NCBI GenBank assembly: GCA_021613535.1
Contig: CP075492.1
Location: 12,276,001-12,340,000 of the forward strand
Length of the DNA: 64,000 bases
Source of the DNA: Adineta vaga
Lineage: Eukaryota; Animalia; Rotifera
Direction of reading: 5' to 3'
Shown here piece by piece: positions 1-13,612 of the stretch. Numbering within the stretch: the stretch's first letter is position 1; each line of letters starts with the position of its first letter. The notes beneath the pieces are model-generated. The model saw only the letters and a list, made by a program, of their open reading frames with translations, was not told the DNA's origin and did not search any database. Made by a program: the position numbers and the translations under genes.

Positions 1-1038
1 AAGTTTTATCGCCTGAACCAACACCGCCATCGTTCGGTAGTGAACTTGGTAAAGTTTTCAATAAGAAAATCAAAAAAGGACCGATTGCTATAAGTACGTA
101 TTAGATTTCGATTTACTTCATTATCTGTAGAAGATAGAAAAAAACAAAATTCGAGTGGTTGATCGTATCTTAGGTTTTTGAAAAAGTAAATTTAATCATC
201 GTCTACTCAAATAATTTAATAAATGACATACTTTTACTCTATAAAACTGTCGTCTAACACTATTTCAAGTAGCTTCATGCCACGAATAGGAGAAACTTGA
301 CCTTCATGCACAGTGTCGCGCCGTTTTTCTATCTAATGTATTCAGGCTCAATTCATGAAAAAATATTACAATGCCATTATTGAAGGTCAATTGCGTTCGA
401 TTTTATGCTCTGAAATTGTATTACCATATTGTCAAAGTCAGTCTTTGTTGTCCTGGATTCATATCTTTATTCTGCATATCAGATCACCAATGACATTTTT
501 CAATTCAATGAATAAAAAATTTTATCTCGCTAAATTTTCATACAAATTTTTCTATATATAGAAACATACAAAACAGCAATATCACCTGGTATGACACAAG
601 CTGAATTTTGACTATAATTTATTTTATTTTCTAAGAAATTAAAATACAATTTTTTTATAAATTGTTTTTTCTTTCTTTCTTTTTGCAGAAGATTGTGCAC
701 CCGATGGTAAATGTATAACATTAGAAAATAGTTCACTTGATAAAGATGTTGATGTATCCAATTGGACATTAAAACGACGTGTTGAAGGTTCACCAGAAAT
801 AGCCTATACAATTCCTTATGGTCTAATAATAAAACATGGAAATGAATTGAAAATCTATGCTCGTAGTGCTCAACATGCACATCATCGTCCACCATCACAA
901 GTCGTCAATGATCAACTTGATTCATGGGGTATGGGTACTGCATGTGAAACGAAATTATTCAATGAACAAGGCGAAGAAAAAGCTTCACATTCACAAAAAA
1001 TTGTTTTCGGTTCGGAAACATCTCGTCATTTACCATAG
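1..1038 (+). CDS. 3' end of an intermediate filament/lamin-type gene (lamin tail domain); exons <1-93 and 689-1038, 5' part outside the window
   Basis: Spliced translation ..KKIKKGPIAIK-DCAPDGKCITLENSSLDKDVDVSNWTLKRRVEG..WGMGTACETKLFNEQGEEKASH matches the Ig-like lamin tail domain; GT at 94, AG at 688. No terminal CaaX, so a cytoplasmic IF is more likely than a lamin. Confidence 0.85.
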
Positions 1039-2138
1039 TAAGTCATTTCGTTTCGAATAATCATCTTTGAGATACAAAAAAACAAAAACAAACAGTGAAA
1101 GAAAGAAGATTTTCTTTTATCTAGCGATGTTGATTGGTCAGATTGTAAGTGATATAATTCTAAGGGCAAAACATTCTTTTTTCAAGGGTTTCATTCTCGC
1201 ATGAATCAGTTCGATTCTTTGCATGAAAATGCAAGATATATTTTTCATTCGAATTAATATTTGATTTGTTGTTTTTTCTTCTTCTATTTGTAGAAATCTG
1301 ACAAGAACAAATAATAAGACTTATTCATTCTTCAATATATACCGATAAACTTCAAATATATACAAAGTTTTTCTTTCGTTTTGTTTTTTGTATATAAAAA
1401 AAAAAACTATCTCCTATTTAAAAAAAAAGAAAAATCTCCAATCAAAGCCGTCATATCTTTTTATCTTTATCATCATATTTCTTCTTTCTCGAGTAGTTTA
1501 ATACAATGATCACTGTTTTACAGAATCTTTTCTTTTCTGTCTGAAAGAATAGTTTAATCTTAGGCAACCAACTCTTTCTTTTTTGTTTTGTTTGTTAATT
1601 TTCATTGTCTGCTTTCTCTCTTTGTTTTGTCTGTTATTAGTGCGGGATCCTATGGCTGGGTAATCCCAACATTTTTTTGCTCTTTTTTTTTTGCTATCAG
1701 TTTTATTTCACCGAACTTTATCACATGCGCGCTGTATCCTTTCTCTCTCTCTTTTTTTTTCTTTTAACAGAATAAAAATGATAAAGTTCAATAAATCTAT
1801 GCAGAGTTACATAGTAAACCTTATGAATCAATTAATTTAAAAAAACAACAACAACAGATTATTCAATCATAGTATTTAGACTGTACTGTTTAAACTTGTG
1901 AATATTATGATTTTTTTGACGTCACGACAAGTCCGATAATGAGCAAAAAAAAGGTGAAAATCTGGCCGAAGTAGGCAAAATAATGAAAGATTAATCTTCG
2001 TTGTCACAGATGAATAAGTTTTGTTTTTGTTTTTCGACGCAAAAGATTGATTATATACGCCAAGATTTAGCAGTATATAAACAAACACTTTCTGCTTGTA
2101 AGGAAAAACTATACATTCAATCAAAATTTTTATTAATT

Positions 2139-2483
2139 ATGGCAGCTTTTGATGGTAATCGTGACGGTTTTCTTGATGGTCGAGAACAACTCGATCGAAT
2201 TGAGCAAAATGTTGCTGATGTTGATCGTGATGGTGCATTAAACATTAATGAATTCTCTCGGGTTGAAGGTAAATTAAATTTCCATTATTCGTGAAATCAG
2301 CGTGACAAATTATTCTCTCTAGATCCAAGAAAATTTGCCATGTATGACACAAATCGAGATGGAATTGTTGACAATCCTGAATATGCGCAAGGAGAACGTA
2401 TCACAGAACATCAATGTAAGTATATTTGAACGTTGATTATCATTTCTTCAATTTCATTTATTTATATCATAGATGGTTTCTAA
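2139..2483 (+). CDS. Small (~77 aa) EF-hand calcium-binding protein, 3 exons (2139-2268, 2323-2415, 2473-2483)
   Basis: Three EF-loop motifs DGNRDGFLDGRE, DVDRDGALNINE, DTNRDGIVDNPE; in-frame GT-AG introns. Confidence 0.8.
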
Positions 2484-3035
2484 TCCAAATGATATAAACC
2501 GAAGCATTTACAACATGATTCTTTTCATCCTTCTATTTGTATAAAACATTCTTTTTTTTCTTCTTCTCATAACATAAATAAAAAGAATTCATTCATGTGA
2601 AGATATTCATAACTTAAGAAAATCACTCTAAACCCTCGATGTACAAAACTCATTCGAATGATAAATATATTATCTAGGTCGATAAAACTCATTTCGCCTG
2701 CTATATATTTTCTAATTATTTCTTTTTTACTAAATTATTGAAAATCTAATAGATATATTTACGAAAGCATGTCGTTCGTAATTCAATTATATACTTATAT
2801 GTATATATGCACTTTAGAAATAAATCTACTAGAATTATCATCGTTTAGAATAGAATTCAACTGATATATTCAATTTATTCTAATCAAGATATTAGTAACA
2901 TCGATTAGTTCAATGTTGACATAATAATGGAAAGTACTATCGTGTATTATTAGTTCTTTGCATTTTCTTTTTGATGAATTATTTAATCGAAAAGAAGACT
3001 TCGTTGTTGATTCAATTTAGATATGTCGAGAGCAG

Positions 3036-3058
3036 AAGAAGAAGAAGAAGAAGAAGAA
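3036..3058 (+). repeat. (GAA)n microsatellite; nearby (CA)n and (GA)n tracts, another (GAA)n at ~8586-8608
   Basis: Seen directly in sequence. Confidence 0.9.
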
Positions 3059-3364
3059 AAGATAGAAATAGTGTGCATACATAAATTATTCCCATTTCGA
3101 CACACACACACACACTTACATTCTCTTTTTAGGATTGTATGACAACGAGTAACGAAATAAGAACAGGATACAATAGTCTAACGATGATGCTAACATTGTG
3201 TCGGACAGATAATTTATTCTGAAAGAGAGAGAGAGAGAAGCAGAGAAAGAGAGATGGGAGTTTCTCATGAGAAAAGGAAAAAAAATACTATCTCATTTGA
3301 CGCATTAGAATAGAGAATTGTTTCGTCTATATCTCATTGTATTTTGTCTTCAAATCAAGACTAA

Positions 3365-4098
3365 ATGGTAAGTAAGATGTCGAATATGTAACGTCGATAA
3401 TATTTCATTGGTTTCAGGCTAACTCACCAAATCAATTTTGGAATGAAAAAATGAAACATTTATTTTACCTTTACGGTATGAGATGAATACAGAACTATTG
3501 TGTAAAATGTCTTTTTTTTGTTATTATTCATATTTATTTAGATGTTGATGGTGACGGTTCGGTCACTCCGAAAGATTTTGAAATTCTTGCGGAAAAATTA
3601 TCTTCTCTTGTTGGACAAGAAGATACACGACGACAGGAAGATTATGCTAATGCACGGAAAACTCTCTGTCAAGAAATTATGAGAGCAGATGCGAATCAAG
3701 ATGGGAAAGTAACCTTAGGTAAATCTTAACCAAAAGCAAAAAAGAAAACACTTTTGTTCGTTTTTTTTTTCGTAGATGAATGGCTCGATTATCATAAACA
3801 TCTTGCTGATGAATTACATAAACCTGATACTAATCCGGAAATTTTAGAACAGTTATCTCAACGAATAAATACGACATTTAATATGCTTGATCTAAATCAT
3901 GATGGTTATATTGCAAAAGATGAATGGGTAAAAACATGTCGATTCTTTGGTGTTGATCAAACAACAGCTGAAAAATCATTTGAACAATTAAGTAAAGGAG
4001 ATAAATTGGAAGAAGATCAAGCAAAACATCTCTTTTTTGAATATCTCAAATCGGACGATCCAAATCATATATCTAATTGTTGTTTATGTTTTCTTTAA
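3365..4098 (+). CDS. Sarcoplasmic calcium-binding protein / calexcitin-like EF-hand protein, 4 exons
   Basis: N-terminal FWNEKMKHLFYLY-DVDGDGSVTPKDF, plus DANQDGKVTLDEW and DLNHDGYIAKDEW loops, typical of the SCP/calexcitin family; first exon is ATG only. Confidence 0.85.
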
Positions 4099-6465
4099 AT
4101 CAAACTAATCAGACATTCTTTTTTTTTCTCGTATTTAATTCATAGATATCGATAATGTATGTGTCTGTATTGTGTTATTATGTTGTCTTTTTCTTCTTTT
4201 TATCCTTGGATTTTCGTACTGGCCCATATTTATAAACCGTACAAGCAATAACAATTGATATATTCAATATTAAACTAATGAATAAATTTAAAACCATACT
4301 CATATCTCGAGTTTCAATAAGATTAGTTATAATACGAGCTAAAAGAAACAATCGAAAAAGTTAGAAAATCATACATCAATATGAATATGACATACCAAAG
4401 TTATTATAACAAGCAATCATCCAGCCAAGTCGGCTGACTTGGCCGACACTTTTATTTTGTAAAATCGTTCGAAGTTGCGCGATTTTCGATGAAGCACCAA
4501 TCGGAATGACAAGCATCTTTGAAAGAAAGAAAACCTTTCAAATTATCACGATTTATATGAACTTTCTTACTGTACAAATACGCATCCATGCACTTGGTAT
4601 GAGACCGATGACACTCATTAGTAAATATAAAGAAAATCTAAATGAAATTGTATTAAAATTTCGATTTCAAAATAAAAAGAAAGAAAATTCTCACGTTAAT
4701 ATTCCATACAATGGTGTTGATGGATCATTTAATTTGCTTTTATCTTTTGTATCTTTTTTTGAATATTTCCATATTGCCAATAGAAGAAGTAAATCTATGG
4801 TATAGATATATTTTGAAAATGCAATCGTTTATTTATTTTTTTGCTATTACCTTGAATAAAAAGAAATATATATTCGAAAAATGTTGATAATGGATAATCT
4901 CGCCAAAGATTATATGTTAAAACTAATGTATAACTAAAACATTCTTATTGATACTTGATATTACAATAAGAAATTCTTCTCTCACGCTGTTTCTTCAAGT
5001 AGAACAGATGTTAGTGAAACACTTTCCACATTTTTTGTTGTAAAAATACGATAAATTTGTGGTACTTTTTGAATTAAACATAGAACGTTTACTGATAAAC
5101 TAAGTAGATATAAGAAACCCATTCCTTGTGGTTTGAAAGAGAAAAATAAGTGAAAGCATTACAGTCAAATTACTTTTTCGTTATAGCCAGATCAGATTTT
5201 TATCTTGAGAATATTTCCACCTGAAACAATACGTTTTTTCTCCCTCTCTCCCTCTACTCGACTATCGCATCTGTTTCAATCTTATATACAAATGGTTAAT
5301 CTCTTGTCAAGCAAATGATATGACAAGAAGATAGTCGAAGAAAATGTTCTGAAGAAGAACAATGTTTATTGACACCGGTAATTATTCCGGATGTTATTGA
5401 TCAAGGTATAAATACGTATCAATAAAAGACGAATTTATAGAGATTTGTTTGAAAAACAATGAAGCTTTTATTGCAATTGATGACGAAGAGTTCGAGACGG
5501 AAATCAAAGCGTGCAACTCAGAACTGACGACAATAAAATGTAATAAAATCGAAACCGGATATCATAGAAGTCTCGCTGACTTTTATATATAAAAAAGAAA
5601 AGATTCTTTTTTCTTTTAAGATTTTAAAAATAACTCCACATGCATTTCCGGCGTTGATCCGATTGAAAAGATCGATCTTTTCTTTGTATGATTGACATTT
5701 AAACTAAATAAAACAAAAGATTGTCAGACACGTTTCCCTGTTGGATTGATAATGAAGTATGTCAATAGTTTCTTTTCAAGAAAATCAAATCTGTCTATTG
5801 CCATGAATTCGTATTCATCTGTTCAATCTTCTCTTTTGACAAGATATATATATATATAACTCCTAAATAGCACGAAAAGGTAAGTAAGTGAATCATTTTG
5901 TTTCTGAGAGTCGTCAAAGAATTGAGTCTCAAATGGGAACAAATGACTTTTGTTATCTAAAAGATGAATAAAAGGATCATGTGGGAGACAGTTGTTCTAT
6001 AAAACATCAATTCAATAAGAAACATCATAATATAATTCTATTCTTAATTACGAACTGAAACATAAATAAGTATATATATTCTTGATATGTTAAATTTACA
6101 TGAATGATCAACCGTTGGACAAAATGAATAATTATTAACTGATATCGTGTTTAATTTTCGAAATTTTCTGCAGCAATGATTTTCAAAATACTTATTTGAT
6201 GTTGTTACGAAAAACTAACGGAAAGGGAGAAAAAAGAAGAGCATGATATCTTTGACTTCATCAACCTGATCATTATAATCAGTTAATACTCTAGTTTGAC
6301 ATTTCTCTCTCCACCTCTTCCGTTCAACAGAGTTTTTTTTTCTGATTTTGTTTTTTGTTTAACAAACATTCATTTGTTTCTTTCTTTGCATTGCTTTCAT
6401 ATCTACTCAAATCTAGATCGAGTAAATCCTCTCTTTTAGACTTATTCATCTTCAAAAATTCAATC

Positions 6466-6801
6466 ATGGTTTCTTTTTTCAATTTCATCAAATGTTTGTT
6501 TATATTCACATGTAAGCTGATTTTAGTCAAGATTTTGTTGTTTCATTTTCTTTTCCAAGTAGTTTGTTGCATCATGTGTTGTCAAATTCAAGCAAAACCG
6601 ACTAACAATGATGAAATTAACGTAGATGATGTTGATGCTGTTCGTCAATTTCTATCGAATGAAGACGATCAATTTGATCATCAACAATATCGACGAGCTT
6701 CATTACGTTATCACCCACATATTCTCTATAAAAAAGCAAGTTTAAAACCAATGATTGGTCATAATGGAAAGATGATATTCGGTGATCGAGATCGTTATTA
6801 A
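6466..6801 (+). CDS. Putative neuropeptide precursor
   Basis: Hydrophobic signal peptide ending QAKP, acidic spacer, then RR-ASLRYHPHILY-KK-ASLKPMIGHNGK..; probable in-frame ~48-nt intron from 6512. Confidence 0.6.
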   Translation: MVSFFNFIKCLFIFTCKLILVKILLFHFLFQVVCCIMCCQIQAKPTNNDEINVDDVDAVRQFLSNEDDQFDHQQYRRASLRYHPHILYKKASLKPMIGHNGKMIFGDRDRY

Positions 6802-9800
6802 AAGTATCAATGTTCAACGTAAAAATTCTGTTGACATTTTCGATTTCATGAAATATTTCAATAAAATTTTCCAAAGAAAAAACAAAATCTCATTAGTGAT
6901 TTTTACGAGAAAGATAACATGTTTTTGTTTATATTACATACATAGTACACGACGGATAGATCATACAAATCTCGTAATCCGTTCAATATATATTACTTAA
7001 AGATAGATATTCTTAATTTATGTTGAAGAAGAATAACTATCGTAGGATTTGGTTTGGAGAAAACTGAAATAGAATTGTTAATTATATACTTTATTTCATG
7101 ACTTTGTATGTAACGACAATAATTATTAGGTATATTTATTTTTGTTTATCGAATTGTAAATCATTTGTCTTCTTTGAAAATTAGTAAATGTCAAGATAAG
7201 ATGTACCAGGAAAAACAGAGCAGTTTTGTGAAAAGATTTCAAGCAGAAATTCAGCGATAATTTGCTAATTCAAGCAAGAAATAATCAACCATTAGTGTTA
7301 AATTACAGGTCAGAAGTGAGAAATATTCGTTTACACCTACGTTTTTATCGAAAGAAGTATCATCAGATAAAAATACTCATAGTAACATTATTTGCTTTGA
7401 AATATTTATGAATATATTTGTCTGAGATCAACTATTCTTAATTCGAACATTATCTCAATGAATTTATATTCAAACAGAACACTACACGATTTATATTTGA
7501 CCGAAACATGACATAGATCTAGGTTGCTCTGAAAAATATAAAATCGATCGTATTGATCATTCTATTCACGTATAATTTCCTCGCTTATTGACAAACATCA
7601 AGCTTTTGTTGCATGATCGAGTATCTATTAAACAAACAATTCCGTGCATCGTCAATAGCTGACAGGAAGCATAAATTTGAATTATTGAATCAGTATTTCA
7701 TAGAGAAAAACGTTGGTAAGGTGTATGTTGATATATATATATATGCAATTGGATGTTAAGAAATCCATTAATATAGATTGATAACACCCGGTTGTCATTT
7801 TCACATAATGTCAAGCTAATAGTCTGGATAAAAAAACCTTTATGTTGACATTCATCGCCTTTTAAAAAGTAACTTCTAATTATTATCTATATATAGGCTT
7901 TTTTTTTTCGGTAGTCAATAGGTGATATCTTAATGAGATCGAATTCTTTCGTTTTACAAATGATTGACATGTACGAGCGAGAACAATTTACTATTAATCA
8001 ATCAAAAAAAGAAGAGTGCAGTTAGTAAAATTAATTTCCCATGAGGAATTTTAGTCAATGTTGATCGACAACAGAACAAATATATTGGAACATGTTGAAA
8101 AGAAAAGTCGAAATTTTCTTCTATAAATAGCTTGTTGGAGTGTTCCTAATCGATCTTTATCGTTGATTATTAAATAATTGATTCGATTTCTGGTCAATTA
8201 ACTAATCGACTTTCTTTTTCTTTCAAAGAAAACAAAATAATAACTGTATTATGTCGAATGTTTTTCGTCGTCATCGGTATATCAATATGTCAATTGTCAG
8301 CTCGTATTTTTCTATCTTTCCATCGATCTATCGTTGTCAATATAACAACGAAGATCTGGCGTTTCTCAGAAGAAAACAAAATACATTTACTTCATCGTAA
8401 GAAAAACAATCGTTCGAAATTTCATCTCATTTTCATTCTCGTTCTTATTTATTCACGCATAGTAGATATGATTCTAATTAGTTTCAAAAGTCAAGTATCG
8501 TATTTCAACTATCTACATAAGAAGATATCCTTAACTGAAGTCGATCATTAGTTTTAAAACATCTCAAGAGATATGTAATTAGAGAGAAGAAGAAGAAGAA
8601 GAAGAAGAAAAACATGATAAAATATTCTGAATATTATAAGTATGCTTTTAGAATAACTAAGTACGAAGTGAAATTAAATGCAAAGACGCATGTAAAATAT
8701 TACGAAAAAGTCACGAACATTCATTCATATTTATAAATCGCGTTCACCTATCAACTAATAGATAAGATGAATAGTTCCGTTTCTTTCTCTTTAGAAAATC
8801 GCTTGCTTAGCAATATCCGGTATGTATTGATGAGTATATAAAAACAAAACAAGTCAATAAGTTCACATGTCGTTTACAAGAATTTAGATAGATCGCAAAA
8901 AGTCTTGGTTGTTTTATTCTAAACAAGAGAAAGAAACAGGGTAAGTATAGTATTCCTATGAAAATAAACAAGTGTATTAGTTCGATTGACGTCAGAATAT
9001 CTACATACATTCTTTTGTCGCTTTCAATGGTAAACATGACAGCTATTGAAAACATTACGTTTTTATCTTTTCTACGTACAAAAAGAAGCTTTGAGCGTTG
9101 ACAGATGGAACATATGTAAACATCAAATAACAGTATTGATTTGTTTTCTGAAAATTGTTGTTTTTCTTGTAAAATAGAATGTCATACAATTGTTCGATTA
9201 TTCTTCGAGAAATATTCTCTAACTTTCATCATTTTTTTTTCTTTTTCTAACTCGATAATATCGACTGACAGTTCTTCTTTCGTTCTCACAACTCGCTTCT
9301 ATCACATCAGTACACTAGTTAAACTAACTTCTTTTTCTACAAAGAAACTTTATTAACACTTAAGCTAAATGACGAGTACACTTTTATTTACTGACTTATT
9401 GCTTCGAATGGAATGTTTTCTATTATTTATTTAATCATCTTATCATATAGAAAATAGCTAGATAATGAGATAGATCTGTTGTTGTTGTTTTCACCGTCAA
9501 CATTACAAGCACAAATCATTTTCATCACGTACTTAAAGACGACTAATGATTGAATAGAAAGGACGCCTACATAGATTCCTGAAATCATTATTTTTATTTT
9601 TTTTTCTGATTACATGTAAAGAAAAAGAACCATTGAGATATATTTTTAGTTAAAGTTGATTTCATCGTTTTATCAAACTCTTTTACGACTTTATCTTTAG
9701 TATAAAACATTACATATGATTAAATATGGAAATTTCTTTTCTTTATGAATTAGGTGAATATTATATAGAATAGACAATGAAAACATCACACCATTCTGAT

Positions 9801-10032
9801 TTTCTTCGACTTAAAAAAATGTGCGATCAAATTAACAAGCTCGTCACATGTAGGTAGAAAACATGATTTTCTCTCGAATAATGAATATTTACATATTCAA
9901 TGAATAGTTCCAATTCTTATTTCCTTGATATGTCACTTCATATTAGTCAAAGACAATTACATGCATATATAAGTATGAGACTTTGTTCTTTTAGATTGCA
10001 TTCAATATGATAGATGAATTTTGTATTGTATT

Positions 10033-11654
10033 ATGAATAGTCAATCAGTTACATTCGATGATCATTTTAATGAAAGTGAGACAGAAACGCATAATAGTCC
10101 ATTGTTACATACACGATTAATTTTTGCGAGTGCATGGATTATTATTGCTGTTGCTGGAATTCTAGGTAAAGTAAAACTTTCATCGATTGAAAACAAAAGA
10201 TTCTCAATTATAGGTAATGGTCTAGTTATCTATGTTGCCATTCGATTTCAAAAGATGATCAACGTAACCAATTGTTTCATTGTTAATTGTAAATTAATCC
10301 TTAAAACAAAATCTATCATTTGTTTTTATCTTGAATTTTTAGTGGCAGTGACAGACATTGTATTCTTGGCATTTTGTATGCCATTATTAGTTGCCCAATA
10401 TACGTTAGAACATTGGTAGATAGATTTTGATGATGAATTTTCGTTTTTCCGATGTTTGAATGATATTTTAGGTTATTCAATGAAATTATTTGTAAATTAA
10501 TGAATTTTATTTCGTTTGTTAGTGTTCTTGTTACTGTTTTAACATTAGTAGCCATGACTATTGATCGATATATTTATGTTGTACGACCATTTCAAAATTT
10601 AAAATGGAGAAAACCTAAAACAATTCTTTTACTTAGTATTATTATTTGGTTAAGTTCGTATTCATCCATTTCTTTCTCTTCTGAAAAATATCAATCTTCT
10701 CTTTCTCTCTTTGATAGTTTCATGTATGTTTGCTTCACCATTTTATCACAGTTATGTTCTAGTTAATACAAGTGATAATTATCATGAATGTGTTTTACGT
10801 AGTGAAGATGATGTTCAACAATATTTTCGTATATATATAGTTACCCTTTATTATTTTATTCCATTAACAATCATTATCATATGCTATACACTTTTGCTTT
10901 ACTATGTTTATTCCAAAGAGAATAAATTAAAACCCAAAACAGTAAGATAAAGCCAAAGAAAAGGTAAACTAAATGATTATTTTTGTCTTGTTTTTAGAAA
11001 CATAGTGTTGTTAAATGGTCAAAAAAACGTCGAGCTGTAACAAAAATGGTTGCTATTGTTACACTTGTATTTGCAATATGTTGGTTACCAATTACATTAT
11101 ATATTATGTCATCAAGTGTATTTAGTGAAAAAACACGAATTCTTTATTATTTTAAAGTTATTGCGAATTCATTTGCATATTTAAATTCAGCAATTAATCC
11201 AATTTTATACGCATTTTTAAATCGAAGTTTTCGAAATAATTGTGGAAGTTTATTTTCTGAACCGACATGTTCTTTATTTTGTGCAGATGAATATCAGTCA
11301 CCACCCAAACAAGAACGAAAGCAACCACAATTGCAACCACCTGAACAAAAGTTTCAACCACCTGTATGTTCAACGCAGATTGATCGATTTAGTTATCAAT
11401 CAACCAATCGTCAGTCATCATCAACAAATCAAAAAAAGAAAATAAACAAACGAGTTTCAATCAAATCTCAAGTGAAACAAGTAACAGTGGACGATATCAC
11501 ACATCGTGGTTTTTCGGATACAGATTATGAAAAATCAGACGATGAATACGGTATTCAAACCAATCCAGAGACTAATGTATATTCAAATCTTTTGCCCTCA
11601 CAAAAGGGCGAAATTACATCACAAATAGATAATATTCAAACGACAAGTTTTTAA
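10033..11654 (+). CDS. Rhodopsin-family neuropeptide GPCR, galanin/allatostatin-A/kisspeptin receptor-like
   Basis: GN (TM1), VTNCFIVNLAVTD (TM2), DRY, CWLP, YLNSAINPILYAFL..FR across 6 exons. Confidence 0.88.
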
Positions 11655-12216
11655 TGATTCTACATGTGTACGTGTATGTGTATAATGAGTTGAGTTCTTT
11701 TATGGATGAGATACAATAAATAAATTCCTGATTGATATATTTTAATGTTAAAAATATGGCATTGGGCACATCGACACTAATGTTATCAAGATAATCGTAG
11801 ATATTCTCTTGAGAATGTCATGATTTGATACTATACATTTACTCATATATAACAGATTGATTGAATATAAAGGTGAGAAAGACATGTTAACTATTAATGA
11901 CATCTATATGAAATATTTAAATTGAAATAAATCTCGAATTTTAAGATTAGATTAAGAATTTGAAAATGATGAATAGAAATGTTCGATATCGATTTAATTA
12001 AATTGAAATCAGAGTATAATAATGTTCGTTACTAAGCAGTACAATCTTGTGATGGTTTAAACGTTTTTTTGTCATACTAAGCAAACATTCTCTGTTTCTT
12101 ATAACATTAACTACTTATCGAAATATCTGAATCACAATAAGGTATGGGTCAACTGATTTCTTTTTTTGTTTTCAATATTTAAAAAAGAAAATTATCGTAA
12201 TGATCTTTTACAGACC

Positions 12217-13372
12217 ATGAGCAACGAAAACGAACGTCGCGGAAGTAGTCGAAGCAGTAGTCAAGGTTCTCCATATGTATCTCCATATGAATATACAAAA
12301 ACAGGTCTTTGTGGTGATCAACGAGATACAATGCTTCAAAATGAACTTCAATATTTAGTATGTCGATCGTTTTGGAATGATCTTATTCCATGAAAATGAA
12401 TATATGAATTTTTTTCTAGCCTGAATTAGGTAAATGCCGTCGTCGTGGTCATAAACTACCACCGCGATCATTCGTATATGGCGTTACAGTTCCACAACGT
12501 GATGGTGGAGTACCGGAAGGTAATTGATGCAAGTTATATAGACTGAAAATAAAGAAAATCTATTTAGCGATGTCTCATGGCCCTGAAAAAGAACGTTCTG
12601 TGAATCCTGATTATGAATTTGTACGTGATTATTCAGCATTAAATAAAGCAGCACTTGAAGCTGGTATGATCAATGCTAGAGATCAATCACGTTTTCGGTA
12701 TATATTAACGTTGTTTTCTATCTTTTCGAAGATATGGTTTACTGTCTATTTATAGAACTATTCATGATATTAAAAAGAAAGTTTTCATTCGTGATGTTTC
12801 ACATTCGAAAAAAACACGAAAATTTTCCGATGATATGATATTTGGTAACGCGAATAGGTAAACTAATTATTTTAGTTTTGTACATATTCATCATTGATTT
12901 CTCTCTATAGACCATCGACACCCATTGGAGAAGTTTTACAAAATCGTTTTCTTAACAATTGGCTTGACACAATGCAAGACAAACAAGCTGCTTTAGAGAA
13001 AAATCGTGCGGATGCAGCAGTAAATAATTGAATTTCTATCGTACAAAGCGTTCTTTTTCTCTTGTTTAGAATGCTTTTAAAGGAAGTTATCATACAAAAT
13101 CATCTCTTCTTCGTCAAGCGAAAATACCTGTTGAACCCAAACCTTTATGGAAAATGTCGAAATTTGCTAATGTAAGAGAAAGTTTCCTTCTGTACACTTA
13201 AAACTGATTGTTTTCGTTTTTCTCTCATCAGGGTGAAAATCAAGTTGATTCCTTTCGTACAGAAGCTGAACGTCGTCGAGCATACAGTGCTAATTCATTT
13301 GATTCAATACCTCGTCAAGGTGTATTTCATACTGGAATTTATAATGTTCCACGTACCACTGTCAAAACATAA
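12217..13372 (+). CDS. CFAP77: Cilia- and flagella-associated protein 77 (DUF4483)
   Basis: Spliced product has LGKCRRRGHKLPPRSFVYG, RDYSALNKAALEAG, RPSTPIGEVLQNRF and KPLWKMSKF, all recognisable CFAP77 blocks. Confidence 0.8.
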
Positions 13373-13612
13373 TGAACATTTATTTTCTTTTTTTGCATCA
13401 TAGATTCTTTTTTATTTAACAACAAGAGAAAAAAAGAAGAGAGCTTTTGGAATGATGAAGATATCGAATGGTTGTAATTGTTTTCACTTGACTAAAAGAT
13501 ATCAGTATATATGTATATATATATATTCAACACATAGAAACATAGTGAAGTTAACGACTAGAGAAATATTAGTTAGAAAGAAATAGAAAAAGAAAATTTT
13601 GTTGTTTAGTTT

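Noticed and set aside
530-898. 122-aa minus-strand ORF and similar shadow ORFs (e.g. 6617-6874, 25888-26277, 44712-44978, 56566-56883, 58506-58742)
   Set aside because: Antisense or off-frame shadows of real exons, with no recognisable motifs.
4078-4098. C-terminal CCLCFL as a prenylation signal
   Set aside because: Cys is not at position -4, so it is not a CaaX box.
5524-5556. CTGACGA..CGAAAC hammerhead-ribozyme-like core
   Set aside because: Stem II cannot form. The CTGACGA hits at 38241 and 41413 are snoRNA D boxes plus stem.
5320-5592. Protein-like stop-free stretches without a start codon
   Set aside because: May be a gene relic, but no family is recognisable and no gene model can be built.
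8258-9356. Three short ORFs in the GPCR upstream region
   Set aside because: Low-complexity F/I/L/K-rich translations typical of AT-rich non-coding DNA.
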